64,000 nucleotides of DNA from Patescibacteria group bacterium (GTDB taxonomy: Bacteria > Patescibacteriota > Microgenomatia > Levybacterales > UBA12049): positions 76,981 to 140,980 of the forward strand of contig JBBTTO010000002.1 in the NCBI GenBank assembly GCA_038064195.1. Reading direction: 5' to 3'. Position numbers and translations under genes: made by a program. The first letter of the stretch is position 1, and each line of letters opens with the position of its first letter. Shown piece by piece: positions 30,654 through 40,506 of the stretch. The notes under the pieces are model-generated. The model ran no database searches and had not been told where the DNA came from. It saw only the letters and a program-made list of their open reading frames with translations.

Positions 30654-32036
30654 ATGACTGATCAACTGACAACCCTCTGGGATGAGGTGCTTACTGAAAT
30701 TAAAAAAAAGGTATCAACTGCCAACTTCCTTACTCTTTTTAGACATACGGCTCTTATCTCACTTGAAGACAATATCGCAACCATTGCAGCTCCTTCAACA
30801 ATGATTTGTGACATGCTGCAAAAACGGTTCGGGGCTGAGATAAAATCACTTCTTGACCAAAAGTCACACCTTGACAATGATATCCTTTTTATTACCAAAA
30901 CAGTCATACGTCCGGAAACTGAAAAGGGCAAAGAAAGTCCGCTCTTCGCCCAAACAATCAGTGAGGATAAAGGGGAGCAGCCTGCATCCCCGAAGGCTCA
31001 ACCTCTGGCTGTCGGTCATCTCCCCCGCGTCCGCTCAGAGTATACTTTTGCCACCTTTGCAGTCTCTGGCAGTAATCAGCTGGCGTTTACCGCAGCCTCA
31101 ACCGTTGCCAAACATTTAGGCAACTACTACAATCCACTATTTATCTATGGCCCGGTCGGGGTGGGGAAGACCCATCTCATGCATGCCATTGCCAATTCTG
31201 TCTATCAGCAGGCGCCTGATAAAAAAATTATTTATATAACCAGTGAGGAATTCACCAATGAGGTGGTTGAAGCAATCCGCACTAACTCAACAGCTCAAAT
31301 GAAAAGGCGTTTTCGCTCAGCGATCCTCCTGCTTATTGACGATATCCAATTTATTGAAGGCAAAGAAAAAGTACAGGAGGAGCTTTTCCATACCTTTAAT
31401 ATCCTGATCGATAACCACGCTCAGATCTGCCTCTCCTCAGATAGGCCACCACATGAGATCAAAAAACTGGAAAAGAGGCTTTCATCCCGCTTTGCCGGAG
31501 GACTGACGGTTGATATCGAGTCTCCGGATATTGAGCTTAAGACAGCAATTCTCAGAATGAAAGCTGAGAAGTTCGGCTATACGCTTCCGCTAGATATCGC
31601 AACACTTCTGGCTGAGAAGGTACAGGATACCCGTAGTCTGGAGGGGCTCCTCCTGCGTGTTATCACCCAGGCCACAACATCAGGCAGTGAGATATCGCTG
31701 GAATTGACCCACAAAGCACTCGGTATGATGAAGGAGGAAAGAACTTCGACTATTCACGCTGATGATATTATCAAAAATGTTTGTGAGTTCTATGCTGTTA
31801 AGCCCACCCAGCTACGGGGACCAAAACGTGATGCCTCACTTGTTAAAGCCCGACAAATCGTCATGTATCTTTTAAAAACTGAGCTGGGAATGACGTTTAT
31901 GGAAATCGGCAATCTTCTTGGGGGCAGAGACCATACAACCATTATGCATGGTGTGGATAAGATTGAAGGCCTTGTGGAAAACAAAGCTAGAATCAGTGAC
32001 GATATCATGGGGATAACTAAGACACTGCATGGGTAA
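30654..32036 (+). CDS. dnaA: Chromosomal replication initiator DnaA
   Basis: AAA+ GPVGVGKTHL and the box VII and C-terminal DNA-binding domains are present. Confidence 0.95.
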   Translation: MTDQLTTLWDEVLTEIKKKVSTANFLTLFRHTALISLEDNIATIAAPSTMICDMLQKRFGAEIKSLLDQKSHLDNDILFITKTVIRPETEKGKESPLFAQTISEDKGEQPASPKAQPLAVGHLPRVRSEYTFATFAVSGSNQLAFTAASTVAKHLGNYYNPLFIYGPVGVGKTHLMHAIANSVYQQAPDKKIIYITSEEFTNEVVEAIRTNSTAQMKRRFRSAILLLIDDIQFIEGKEKVQEELFHTFNILIDNHAQICLSSDRPPHEIKKLEKRLSSRFAGGLTVDIESPDIELKTAILRMKAEKFGYTLPLDIATLLAEKVQDTRSLEGLLLRVITQATTSGSEISLELTHKALGMMKEERTSTIHADDIIKNVCEFYAVKPTQLRGPKRDASLVKARQIVMYLLKTELGMTFMEIGNLLGGRDHTTIMHGVDKIEGLVENKARISDDIMGITKTLHG

Positions 32037-32290
32037 AAGTTGGGGGAAAGTAGAAGTCGGTAAGTAATCCCTACCTTATCCCAAATTTTATACACATCTT
32101 ACCCACAGGGGGTAGTGCCTAATTAAAAAAATGAAATCAAGTATTATAGAACCTCAACTATTTAAAAACCTGCCACTGTTAGCCTGTAAAGGAAAGTTTT
32201 TTCGTTTTTTAAGTAGTTATTATGGGGTGAAATCTCATTGATTTTTCCCACTTTTCCCTATACACTACTACAACGACAAATAGATATATT
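32037..32290. promoter_or_regulatory. Candidate oriC between dnaA and dnaN, with DnaA-box-like 9-mers and an AT-rich unwinding stretch
   Basis: ttatcccaa (32076), ttatacaca (32088) and ttacccaca (32099) sit beside ttaaaaaaatgaaatcaagtattataga. Confidence 0.45.
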
Positions 32291-33403
32291 ATGAAGATAA
32301 CGTTACTCTCCGAAAATCTCCAGAAAAAAATAGGCTACCTTAATCACGCTATTTCTACACGATCTGACCTACCGATATTATTAAATGTTTTGATAGAAAC
32401 GGAAAGTTCAGGAATACGACTCAGCACAACTGATCTTGAAGTAGGTATTCAATGTCATATTCCAGCCACGGTTGAAGAAGAAGGAGCAATAACAATCCCG
32501 GCTAAGACTTTCACTGAGTTAATAAATTCACTGCCGGCGGAAAAAATCACCCTGAGCACAAATGATAATTCGTTTATAGTTCAAAGTAAAAGAACCAAGA
32601 GTTCTTTTCAAACATCCCCTGCCACAGAATTCCCTAAATTATATGAAGAAAAAGGTGAGACTCTGGCAAAGGTTAAGTTTAGCGATATTAGAAATGATGC
32701 AAGTACAGTTGTCTTCTCATCAAGTACCGATACTGCCAGACCTGCATTGTCAGGTATTTTGATGAAAAAAGAGCCGACGGGATTCTTGCTTGTGGGAACC
32801 GATGGTTACCGTTTGTCACTAAAACATCACACGACTCTTGACTCCAATCCCGGTGGGGACGAGCAGACAGTAATAGTACCCGCACGTGTCATCAGAGAGG
32901 TTCTGGCGATGAAAGAAGAGGGAGAGGAGATATCTATCCACATCGCCAAACAAAGCAACCAGATCATGTTTGAGCAAGGTCAGACACTCCTTATCGGTCG
33001 TCTGATCGAGGCGGAGTTCCCTAATTATGAAAGGATTATTCCCTCAGATCATAATTCACGGATTCTTTTTCAACGTGAAGAGCTTTTAAAAGCTGTGAAG
33101 ATCTGTTCAATTTTTGCCCGTGAAGCGGCTAACATCATTAAATTATCTCTTAAGAAAGATAAGCTTATTGTTTCGTCTCAGACACCCTCAGTCGGTGATA
33201 ACGAAGTTGAGGTCGAGGCAAGTCTCACCGGTGAGGAAAATGACATAGCCTTTAATGCCCGCTACCTCCTTGATGTTTTATCCAACCTCCCAAACCCAGA
33301 GCTTACATTTGAGATGACCGGGCCACTAAACCCAGGAGTCTTTAAAATAAAAGACGACGCATCATATCTTCACCTCATCATGCCTATTCGGGTTCAGGAG
33401 TAG
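32291..33403 (+). CDS. dnaN: DNA polymerase III beta sliding clamp
   Basis: The N-terminal MKITLLSENLQKKIGYLNHAIS...ILLNVLIE matches DnaN. It has three domains and is 370 aa. Confidence 0.9.
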   Translation: MKITLLSENLQKKIGYLNHAISTRSDLPILLNVLIETESSGIRLSTTDLEVGIQCHIPATVEEEGAITIPAKTFTELINSLPAEKITLSTNDNSFIVQSKRTKSSFQTSPATEFPKLYEEKGETLAKVKFSDIRNDASTVVFSSSTDTARPALSGILMKKEPTGFLLVGTDGYRLSLKHHTTLDSNPGGDEQTVIVPARVIREVLAMKEEGEEISIHIAKQSNQIMFEQGQTLLIGRLIEAEFPNYERIIPSDHNSRILFQREELLKAVKICSIFAREAANIIKLSLKKDKLIVSSQTPSVGDNEVEVEASLTGEENDIAFNARYLLDVLSNLPNPELTFEMTGPLNPGVFKIKDDASYLHLIMPIRVQE

Positions 33404-33406
33404 AGA

Positions 33407-34051
33407 CTATAAATCTTGGAATTCCTTTGGCATTGCGGGAGCAGGGGAGAGAGTCTGGCCATATTGTTTTTTATATTCAGCCAGTGTCATAGGGAGGAAG
33501 CGCTGTATCTCATAGACGCTTCCTGTATATTTATTTGCATAGATTGCAAATCCTCTCTCAGGATAGAGGTACGCTGACATATAGAATCCCTCGCCGACTT
33601 TATCAAGCGTTTCCTCGGGCTCTCCGTATTGGCTTTCTATACTCGTGAGTTTAGGCAGGGGAGCGGCGTTCGTCTTAGTGGATGTCTTCTCAAAGATCAC
33701 AACGCCGTCTATTGTGCGTATCTCGTCTGTCTTTCCCGGTTCTTTCGAACGGATTGAGTAGATGGTAGTATCCCCGACAGTCCTTTTGGAAAGAATGATA
33801 TTTTGTTGAGTGATCTGTTCATCTGTTGTTTGTCCAATTGAGCTTATTTGAAGCGGGGTAAATTGGTAGGTTTGAGGGGCGCTCGGAGTGGGCGAGGTCC
33901 GTACGGGTGTTGGTGTTGCATCGGAGTTAGGAGTAGTGGACTGTGACGGTGCAAATGTGTTAAAAAGCGCGATTCCAATAATACTAATGGCGATAAGTAT
34001 CAAAATACCTATACCGACAAGTTTTAATTTCATTTGTGCTTGGTTTATCAT
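33407..34051 (-). CDS. Membrane-anchored hypothetical protein (N-terminal TM, Pro/Thr-rich linker, small globular domain)
   Basis: An N-terminal TM helix is followed by a TPNSDATPTPVRTSPTPSAPQ linker. Confidence 0.4.
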   Translation of the reverse strand: MINQAQMKLKLVGIGILILIAISIIGIALFNTFAPSQSTTPNSDATPTPVRTSPTPSAPQTYQFTPLQISSIGQTTDEQITQQNIILSKRTVGDTTIYSIRSKEPGKTDEIRTIDGVVIFEKTSTKTNAAPLPKLTSIESQYGEPEETLDKVGEGFYMSAYLYPERGFAIYANKYTGSVYEIQRFLPMTLAEYKKQYGQTLSPAPAMPKEFQDL

Positions 34052-34881
34052 CTTCCGAGTCCTCTCTGAGCAACGCCCCTATGAAGTGGATGTCTACCGC
34101 CTAAGAATGGATTTGGAGCCCCATTTCCACAGGTGAGTTCACCGACATTTGGATTTAAGTAGAGTGCAATAGTGTCTGCCTGATCCTCATGATAAATGCG
34201 ATCAAAGCCTGGCGCAAAGTTCGGGCATTCACGTCGCGAGTATTTTGTTAGACCACGTTCCCCACTATAAGCAGCCGGGATCTGAAGAAGGTTTGCTTCC
34301 CCCCGCTGGCTACAAAATTGCCAGACATGGGTCAACTCATGAACAAGAATTGCTCCCATAAACTCCCCAACCCATTGGTTACTGAACATAACATCTGTAG
34401 GTCCATATTCCCCACTACCTCCAGGACAAGAAAATTGTTGTGCATAACCGTTGCTCCAGCTGTTTACGAGGGTACCTCTTAGATCCTGCAGGAAGCCAGT
34501 ACAGTCTATTGAGTAAAATTCTTTCCATGCCCACTGCAACTGATTTTGGGGAAGGTTTAAGGTGATGCCCCATCTACTTAAGATAGCACCCCGTATGTCT
34601 CCGGGGGGTACTGGGGCTTGTTGACACGGGCCTGCCGGTCCGCCTCCACCACTTGGTCCGGGGTTTGTACTTGATGGAGCGTTACAGCCTGGGGTTGGTT
34701 GTCCGGGGGCGACCGTCCCAACTGCTGTAGTACAAGTATTACTTGTGGCAGCATGAATATGAGTAGTAAAGGCAGGGAAAAGGCAGATAGAACTTATCAA
34801 AAAGAATAGAGTTGAAGCTTTGCTGGGAAACGATAGGAATATTTTGTTCATAGATACTTTACTGACAATAGCTCGGATCAA
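34048..34881 (-). CDS. Secreted putative zincin-like metallopeptidase (HExxH)
   Basis: A signal peptide, a Gly/Pro-rich linker, HELTH in AILVHELTHVWQ and a downstream Glu are present. Confidence 0.4.
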   Translation of the reverse strand: MIRAIVSKVSMNKIFLSFPSKASTLFFLISSICLFPAFTTHIHAATSNTCTTAVGTVAPGQPTPGCNAPSSTNPGPSGGGGPAGPCQQAPVPPGDIRGAILSRWGITLNLPQNQLQWAWKEFYSIDCTGFLQDLRGTLVNSWSNGYAQQFSCPGGSGEYGPTDVMFSNQWVGEFMGAILVHELTHVWQFCSQRGEANLLQIPAAYSGERGLTKYSRRECPNFAPGFDRIYHEDQADTIALYLNPNVGELTCGNGAPNPFLGGRHPLHRGVAQRGLGR

Positions 34882-35365
34882 GGCTGATTGCTATGCCTGT
34901 CTGTGTCTTAGCATAGAAAAAAACAGGCAGCTTGCAAATCCCGTTATGACTAAATCCCTGTGTCCCCAGCCAAGAAAGAGCATGTTGTTTGGCAGTCGTG
35001 AGGTCGACTGAGTTAAGGCGTATCTGAAAAGCGTCATAATCGTTAATGTAAACGATACTAAAATCTTTTTCGCTATAAACGTATCCAAACTTATCGGCCT
35101 TGTTTATAAGCGTATTTCGAATTGCGCTTTCGGATGCTGTCAGCGGTTTTGCCTGACTTGCTTGTGTCTCAATTTTTTTAAGGAGGGGAACTCGGGAGAG
35201 ACTCGGCCGGCGCTCAATTATGGGGGTGGGAGTAGTAAATATAGTAGTAATCTGCTTAGGGACAGTTCGTTGATTAGATATAAAAAGGACGATCGAGAGC
35301 ACAACATAAAGGACAATGATTATTGTCGAGATTATGATATAGAGTAATTTTTTATGATTTGACAT
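34859..35365 (-). CDS. Membrane-anchored hypothetical protein with architecture like 33407-34051
   Basis: An N-terminal TM helix is followed by a TTPTPII linker. Confidence 0.4.
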   Translation of the reverse strand: MSNHKKLLYIIISTIIIVLYVVLSIVLFISNQRTVPKQITTIFTTPTPIIERRPSLSRVPLLKKIETQASQAKPLTASESAIRNTLINKADKFGYVYSEKDFSIVYINDYDAFQIRLNSVDLTTAKQHALSWLGTQGFSHNGICKLPVFFYAKTQTGIAISLDPSYCQ

Positions 35366-35374
35366 AGGTTTAGC

Positions 35375-38300
35375 TTAGAGCCCCCAAACAATTTTTGCAC
35401 ATTCCCAGTACCCCCAGCCACCGCCCAGGTTTTTTAAGTGATAGTTCACGGCGTTACTCACCTGTGTTTTCCAGTTGACATCGCCCCTGTCATATTGTCC
35501 ATTTAACCCAACCCCTTCACCAAAAGGCGATTCTTGTCCATTGACAAAGCGTGAGCCCATTTGGAAGAGTCCGTAAGCGCTTCCATTCACCGCAACGGAA
35601 ACGTTGTTGGGGTCAAAACCTGGCGCCTCACAGGCAGAGATGCCGATCCAATAGCCAACTCCCGCCGGGTCGAGTTGCTTAAGAAGATCAACCATAGCCT
35701 TGGGCACATTACTCCAATGCCTCCCATTAAAGTCATAGGATATACGTTGAGACTGAGCCAGTTCACAGTCCGGGTCGCCAAAATTATTGCCGTCATGCTG
35801 GCCTCCATTCAAAACATAAGCACCACTACAGTTTGAGGTGTTCGGAGGAGGATTTGAGCCGATGTTTATGGTGCCGGATGTGTCAGAGCTAGAGTCATCG
35901 GAGGTGTTTCCGCCTATTGTATTATCTCCACCAACTCCTCCGATGACGTCCGCGCTTGCCGGTTGACTGGTGAAAGCGAAGTCTTTCTTAATCGGGAGGA
36001 TTTTAATTTGAAAGGTTATGGGAGAAAAAGACGCCTTCCCCGTAGAAATACCGGGCGGATTCGGGTCAGACGATGAGCTGCCTGTGTATCGGTCGGCTAT
36101 TGCTTTGGCGCGATTTGAGAAATTCTGCATATTATCTCCATAATAACTCCCCCAACTCCTCATGGTTGATGCCCAGTTGTCTTTAGCAGCTATATCACCG
36201 GCTACTTCCCGAGCCATTGCGATCGCTCCCAGCTCTTTATCCATGAGGAGAATAGCAATTGCTTGTTGGGCAGTGGCATTGCCCTGGCTTACCTCTGAGG
36301 CTAATTGCCGAACAGATTTGCTTGGAAAGACTGATGGATTTCGAATAAGTCCATTAGAAGCGGCAATTACTCCCTGTCCTACCTGTTGTGTTTTTTGAGC
36401 ATTATTTGAAGTGTTGGCGCCATAAGCTTCATCAAAGTCCTCGCCCAGATGTCCTACTGCTTGAGATACTTGCATACCGTAACCAACCTGCCAACCCCCT
36501 GAGTAAAAGCCGCCTGCGCAGCCGGCATTGATGTCATGGCTTCTGTCCTGACAGTTCCAAAAATAGGGATTATCACCAATACCCTCTATGGCGCCGGTCC
36601 AAATAACAGAAAGAAAAGGATCGACATACCTAGCCCCTCTTGTTTTGCCGATAAGATAGGCTTGATGCCTCGCGACGCGTGCCCCTAAGTCATTAAGATA
36701 ATGTATTGTAGTAGTTGAATACTGGGTATCCGATGTCCCTGGTGAGGGAAGATAGTAAGGAGCCTGTGTGTAGGTTGAAAAGACAATTTTTTGTGTAGAG
36801 GTTCCCCTTACGCCCTTTTCCGGAGTCGGAGTCGGAGTCGGAGTCGGAGTAAGGGTAGGGGTTGGCGTTGTCCCCAGGGTACATTTAGTAAACTCGGCTT
36901 GGGAGGTGTTCTGGTTTTCTTTAACTGACCACTCAACGAGAGTTACTCTACCTTGTCCGTCTTTTGTTAGATGACAGAGCCCTGTCGCACTGACAAAGGC
37001 AGCCTCTGAGGGGATGATGGGGTAGGTGACGCGGATATCGTCTGCCTGTCCATCGTAGGACACGTGGATCTGGTAAGTAATAATGTGTTTTGTCAGTTCG
37101 GCTATCAGTTTCTTGAGCTGCTCAGGGCTATATCCATTCAGTCCAAGTACTCGTGGTGTATCTTTTATCCCAAGAACTGATTGTCCTGATTGAGCAATGA
37201 CGGTTCCTAAGCTGCCCAGGACAGGTCCGCTAGGAGAAGAAGGAGCATCTACTTGATTAGCACACTCTTGGGCTTGCGCATCACCTTGGCAATCCGGTGG
37301 TGGGCTATCTACTGTCGTTTGAGCAGTCTCAAGTTTGATGTTCGCGTCTCCACCCTCGCCTGGCTTAACGAGCAGAACGACGACGAGTAAAATAATCGCA
37401 GCTATCCCCATAGCTGCCAAAACATAAGGATTAGCTAACAGAGGCGCGGCTCGGGCTAAGGTGGCAATACCTCTTGCTGCTTGTGCTGCACCGCGTGCTC
37501 CTTGGGCAGCTCCTCTTACTCCACTACCTCCACCCCCAAGTCTGGGTATGCGTGGGAGCAGCCTACTACCTAGTCGCCCGCCTACTCGTTGGGGAGAGGG
37601 GCGCATCGGCCTTTCGCCTGCAGGTGATGGTTCAGAAGGTGCCCGTGGTGTCTCAGGCGCTTCTCCTTGAGTCGTCCTCTCGCTTGGCCGACGGTCTTCG
37701 CGTAATCGTCTGCGTCGTCTGTCTTCTTCCTCGTCTTCTTCATTATTGCTTTCCTCTTCGATCTCATAGCCTAGTGTGGCTGGGAGGGGCATAGGTCTTA
37801 GAGGTGTTATATGAGAGGTAGTAGACTTAATATCTTGCGCTTTCTGATCGAAAGCAGCGAACTTGCTGTTGGAGTTACCTGCGAGTGCAGGGCGATTATC
37901 TCCTTGAGAAGGAGTATTGGTGGCGTTGGCTTGTATTTCCTGCATGTTTTGTGCTGTCTTTGCATGCTGTTCAAGCTGAGCTGCTTTAGCTTTGATGTCT
38001 TCTGGCGCAATTGGAGCAGGTTGAGTAGGATGCTGGGATGCTTCGAGTTCTTTTTTTGCTTGCTCTGCAAAAACTGGTTGGGCAGGAGTTTCTGGTTGAG
38101 CGCTATGAGAGATAGTGTGCTCCTCCGCTGTCGGGCTTGTTTGGTTGATTTTACTGGTATAGTCAAGGACTATTTGTTGAATCTTGGCATCCTCAGAGAT
38201 AGGGCCATAGAGCCAGATTTCAGAATCGTCGATTGCCGGCCGGTTACGGTTGGTGATGATCGGGTTGAATAAGCGTCTGTCCTTCTCGTCTTTTGTGATT

Positions 38301-38491
38301 GACGCATAGATCTCCTGCCATTGTGGCTCGGTGATTTTTTTTAAGTTAACCCCGTTGAACTCTTTTCTTTTCTTAAGAAGGTTTTTAACCAAGCTCCATG
38401 TCTGTGAGACTTCATAGGCAAAGCCCGGGTTGTTTCGTAGCTCTTCAAACATCTCGTCTGAGGATAGCTTGGTGGTGTAGCTTGTCGCCAT
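35375..38491 (-). CDS. Giant (1038 aa) bitopic membrane protein: cytoplasmic Pro/Arg/Gly-rich N-region, one TM helix, a (TP)n linker and an extracytoplasmic C-terminal lysozyme/lytic-transglycosylase-like domain; candidate VirB1-like peptidoglycan hydrolase of the T4SS-like locus
   Basis: The TM helix is LLANPYVLAAMGIAAIILLVVVLLV and the linker is TPTPTLTPTPTPTPTP. The C-terminus SAYGLFQM...VNGQESPFGEG resembles SLT/lysozyme-like GLxQ motifs. It sits immediately upstream of virB4. Confidence 0.45.
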   Translation of the reverse strand: MATSYTTKLSSDEMFEELRNNPGFAYEVSQTWSLVKNLLKKRKEFNGVNLKKITEPQWQEIYASITKDEKDRRLFNPIITNRNRPAIDDSEIWLYGPISEDAKIQQIVLDYTSKINQTSPTAEEHTISHSAQPETPAQPVFAEQAKKELEASQHPTQPAPIAPEDIKAKAAQLEQHAKTAQNMQEIQANATNTPSQGDNRPALAGNSNSKFAAFDQKAQDIKSTTSHITPLRPMPLPATLGYEIEEESNNEEDEEEDRRRRRLREDRRPSERTTQGEAPETPRAPSEPSPAGERPMRPSPQRVGGRLGSRLLPRIPRLGGGGSGVRGAAQGARGAAQAARGIATLARAAPLLANPYVLAAMGIAAIILLVVVLLVKPGEGGDANIKLETAQTTVDSPPPDCQGDAQAQECANQVDAPSSPSGPVLGSLGTVIAQSGQSVLGIKDTPRVLGLNGYSPEQLKKLIAELTKHIITYQIHVSYDGQADDIRVTYPIIPSEAAFVSATGLCHLTKDGQGRVTLVEWSVKENQNTSQAEFTKCTLGTTPTPTLTPTPTPTPTPEKGVRGTSTQKIVFSTYTQAPYYLPSPGTSDTQYSTTTIHYLNDLGARVARHQAYLIGKTRGARYVDPFLSVIWTGAIEGIGDNPYFWNCQDRSHDINAGCAGGFYSGGWQVGYGMQVSQAVGHLGEDFDEAYGANTSNNAQKTQQVGQGVIAASNGLIRNPSVFPSKSVRQLASEVSQGNATAQQAIAILLMDKELGAIAMAREVAGDIAAKDNWASTMRSWGSYYGDNMQNFSNRAKAIADRYTGSSSSDPNPPGISTGKASFSPITFQIKILPIKKDFAFTSQPASADVIGGVGGDNTIGGNTSDDSSSDTSGTINIGSNPPPNTSNCSGAYVLNGGQHDGNNFGDPDCELAQSQRISYDFNGRHWSNVPKAMVDLLKQLDPAGVGYWIGISACEAPGFDPNNVSVAVNGSAYGLFQMGSRFVNGQESPFGEGVGLNGQYDRGDVNWKTQVSNAVNYHLKNLGGGWGYWECAKIVWGL
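36821..36850. repeat. Hexanucleotide microsatellite (ggagtc)4-5 encoding the (TP)n linker
   Basis: The repeat is read directly from the sequence. It stays in-frame because the unit is 6 bp. Confidence 0.8.
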
Positions 38492-38504
38492 AGTAGTATC
38501 CTAT

Positions 38505-40505
38505 TTAAGGAATTTGTTGTTCTTTTGGTGACTGAGGTGTTACAGGAGGTAGCACCGGAGGCGCTGCTGATTCAGGCGCGACAGGAGTAGCTATATCCGG
38601 TGAAGTATTATCTGGCACAGGTTGGGGAGCTGGAGAGGCAGCTTCTGTAGTAACATTAGTTTGTCTTTGTAGTTCTTCAGGATTTGCGGCCATCTGGGCT
38701 GCATCGTCAGCTCTGTTTTTAAGTACCTCTTCAGGATTTGAGGTAATAATCTCGTGCTCAAAGGGTGCGCCTAAGGCTTTCATGGCTACATGATTTTGTC
38801 CGGCAAAGAATAGCCCTTCTCCGATATCAGCCGAGAGTAGCAGCTCCCGTTCACCCTCTGAAAGATAAAATGTCTCGCCGACCATATCTACCTCAGCTGT
38901 GCCTTGCTTGAGGAGGACCTGAATTGAGGAGTTGGTAAGTACGGCCTTGCCGTAGTCTGTTTTGAGGAAGTCTTCGACGTCCTGTGTCGCAGTTGTGAGT
39001 CCAAGATAGTATTTTCGTGCCCTTTTGGCAATAGAATAAACAAATGAGGCTGAGTCTTCGTATTTCATCATATACCATGCTTCATCCAGAACAAGAACCC
39101 GTTTCTTCAGTGATTTCTTCACTCTCGTCCAGACGAAGTCAAGGATAATATGCATGGCGATCGGCCGCAGTTCGTCCTCGAGGTTTTTGATCGAGAAAAT
39201 AGTTAAAGGATTGGTAATATCAAAGTTAGACGGTTGATTAAAGATGCCAGACGCGCTTCCTTTAATGAATTTCTCCAGCTGAAAAGCCATTTCTTTAGCC
39301 GGGGTGGTCTCAGCCCCTAAAAGTGTCTTGTACAAGTCCTCAAGGAGGGGGGGTGTATTCTTTTGGGTCGCAGGATCAGTGGTGATCCCTTTTTGTCTAT
39401 ACGTTTCCACTAGCGCTCGATCTAAGATCGCGTCATGCTCTGCATCCAGTGGTCCTGTAATTAATTTCATTAGCGCATGAAGGGAAAGAATCTTCAGGCC
39501 AAGCTCATTCTCCCCTGCCTCATAGAGATCTGAAAGGTCGAAGGGATTTATTTTAACAGGAGAGTTAGATGAGAATTCTAAGACTTCCCCACCTAACTGT
39601 TCAGCCAGTTTGCTGTATTCACCTTCAGGGTCTACCACAATGACCTCTGTCCCGAGCATAAATTGACGCATGATTTCAAGCTTGATCAAATATGATTTTC
39701 CTGAACCGGATTTACCAAGTACCACCTCGTTGGCATTCTCAAGTGAAAATCTGTCAAAAATGATGAGTGAACCGTTTTGCTGGTTGATGCCATACATAAC
39801 CCCCTTATTCTGTGTCAGGATCGCAGAGGTGAAAGGGAATGTAGAGGCAAGGGATGTGGTATCCATATTGCGGGTTATATATAGCCTGTCTGAGGCAAAA
39901 GGCACTGTTGCTTTAAAGCCTTCTTCCATCTGCAGTGTGGCTGTCTTGGCAGTCAGGAGAAGTGAGGCGAGAGTTGTTCGTAACTGTTTGGTTCCTTCTT
40001 CAAGCTCATTAAGATTGTCGGCTGAGAGAGTAATATAGAAGCTGAACTGGAAGAATCGCTCCACACCTTTGGCTAATTCTTCCTGCAGCCCCATCGCATC
40101 CTCAAGTGCTGCCTCTACTTTAGGATCTGCCGGTTTGCCATTCTCAGCATCACTGGCAAGGGTTGCCTCCATCTCGGATATTTTTCGTCTGATGTCAGTT
40201 AAGACATCTCCTGACTGAGTCGGATAACAAAACATTGAGATATCCAGTGTATGGTCATAATCAATGATCGGCTCAAGCCAGCTGGGAGAGACATAGCGGG
40301 GGTAGCCGACAACAAAAAGAGTTGAATAGAATTTCTCGCCGACCCTGATATAACGGAAATCGACCTCAACGCTGGATGGCGCGATCAGATCGACAAGGGA
40401 GAGCATGCCTTTTTCAAGCTTGGCAATGCCCGCGCCTACTGCTGTAGGCGCGGTCTGGGGGGTAGCAGGTGCTATGGGTGTTGTCTTTTTCTTAAATAAA
40501 CTCAT
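38505..40505 (-). CDS. virB4: Type IV secretion system ATPase VirB4/TrbE/CagE family
   Basis: Walker A VVLGKSGSGKSYL, Walker B VLVLDEAWYMM and the N-terminal VirB4-like domain are present. There is a Pro-rich C-terminal tail. Confidence 0.8.
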   Translation of the reverse strand: MSLFKKKTTPIAPATPQTAPTAVGAGIAKLEKGMLSLVDLIAPSSVEVDFRYIRVGEKFYSTLFVVGYPRYVSPSWLEPIIDYDHTLDISMFCYPTQSGDVLTDIRRKISEMEATLASDAENGKPADPKVEAALEDAMGLQEELAKGVERFFQFSFYITLSADNLNELEEGTKQLRTTLASLLLTAKTATLQMEEGFKATVPFASDRLYITRNMDTTSLASTFPFTSAILTQNKGVMYGINQQNGSLIIFDRFSLENANEVVLGKSGSGKSYLIKLEIMRQFMLGTEVIVVDPEGEYSKLAEQLGGEVLEFSSNSPVKINPFDLSDLYEAGENELGLKILSLHALMKLITGPLDAEHDAILDRALVETYRQKGITTDPATQKNTPPLLEDLYKTLLGAETTPAKEMAFQLEKFIKGSASGIFNQPSNFDITNPLTIFSIKNLEDELRPIAMHIILDFVWTRVKKSLKKRVLVLDEAWYMMKYEDSASFVYSIAKRARKYYLGLTTATQDVEDFLKTDYGKAVLTNSSIQVLLKQGTAEVDMVGETFYLSEGERELLLSADIGEGLFFAGQNHVAMKALGAPFEHEIITSNPEEVLKNRADDAAQMAANPEELQRQTNVTTEAASPAPQPVPDNTSPDIATPVAPESAAPPVLPPVTPQSPKEQQIP

Positions 40506-40506
40506 A

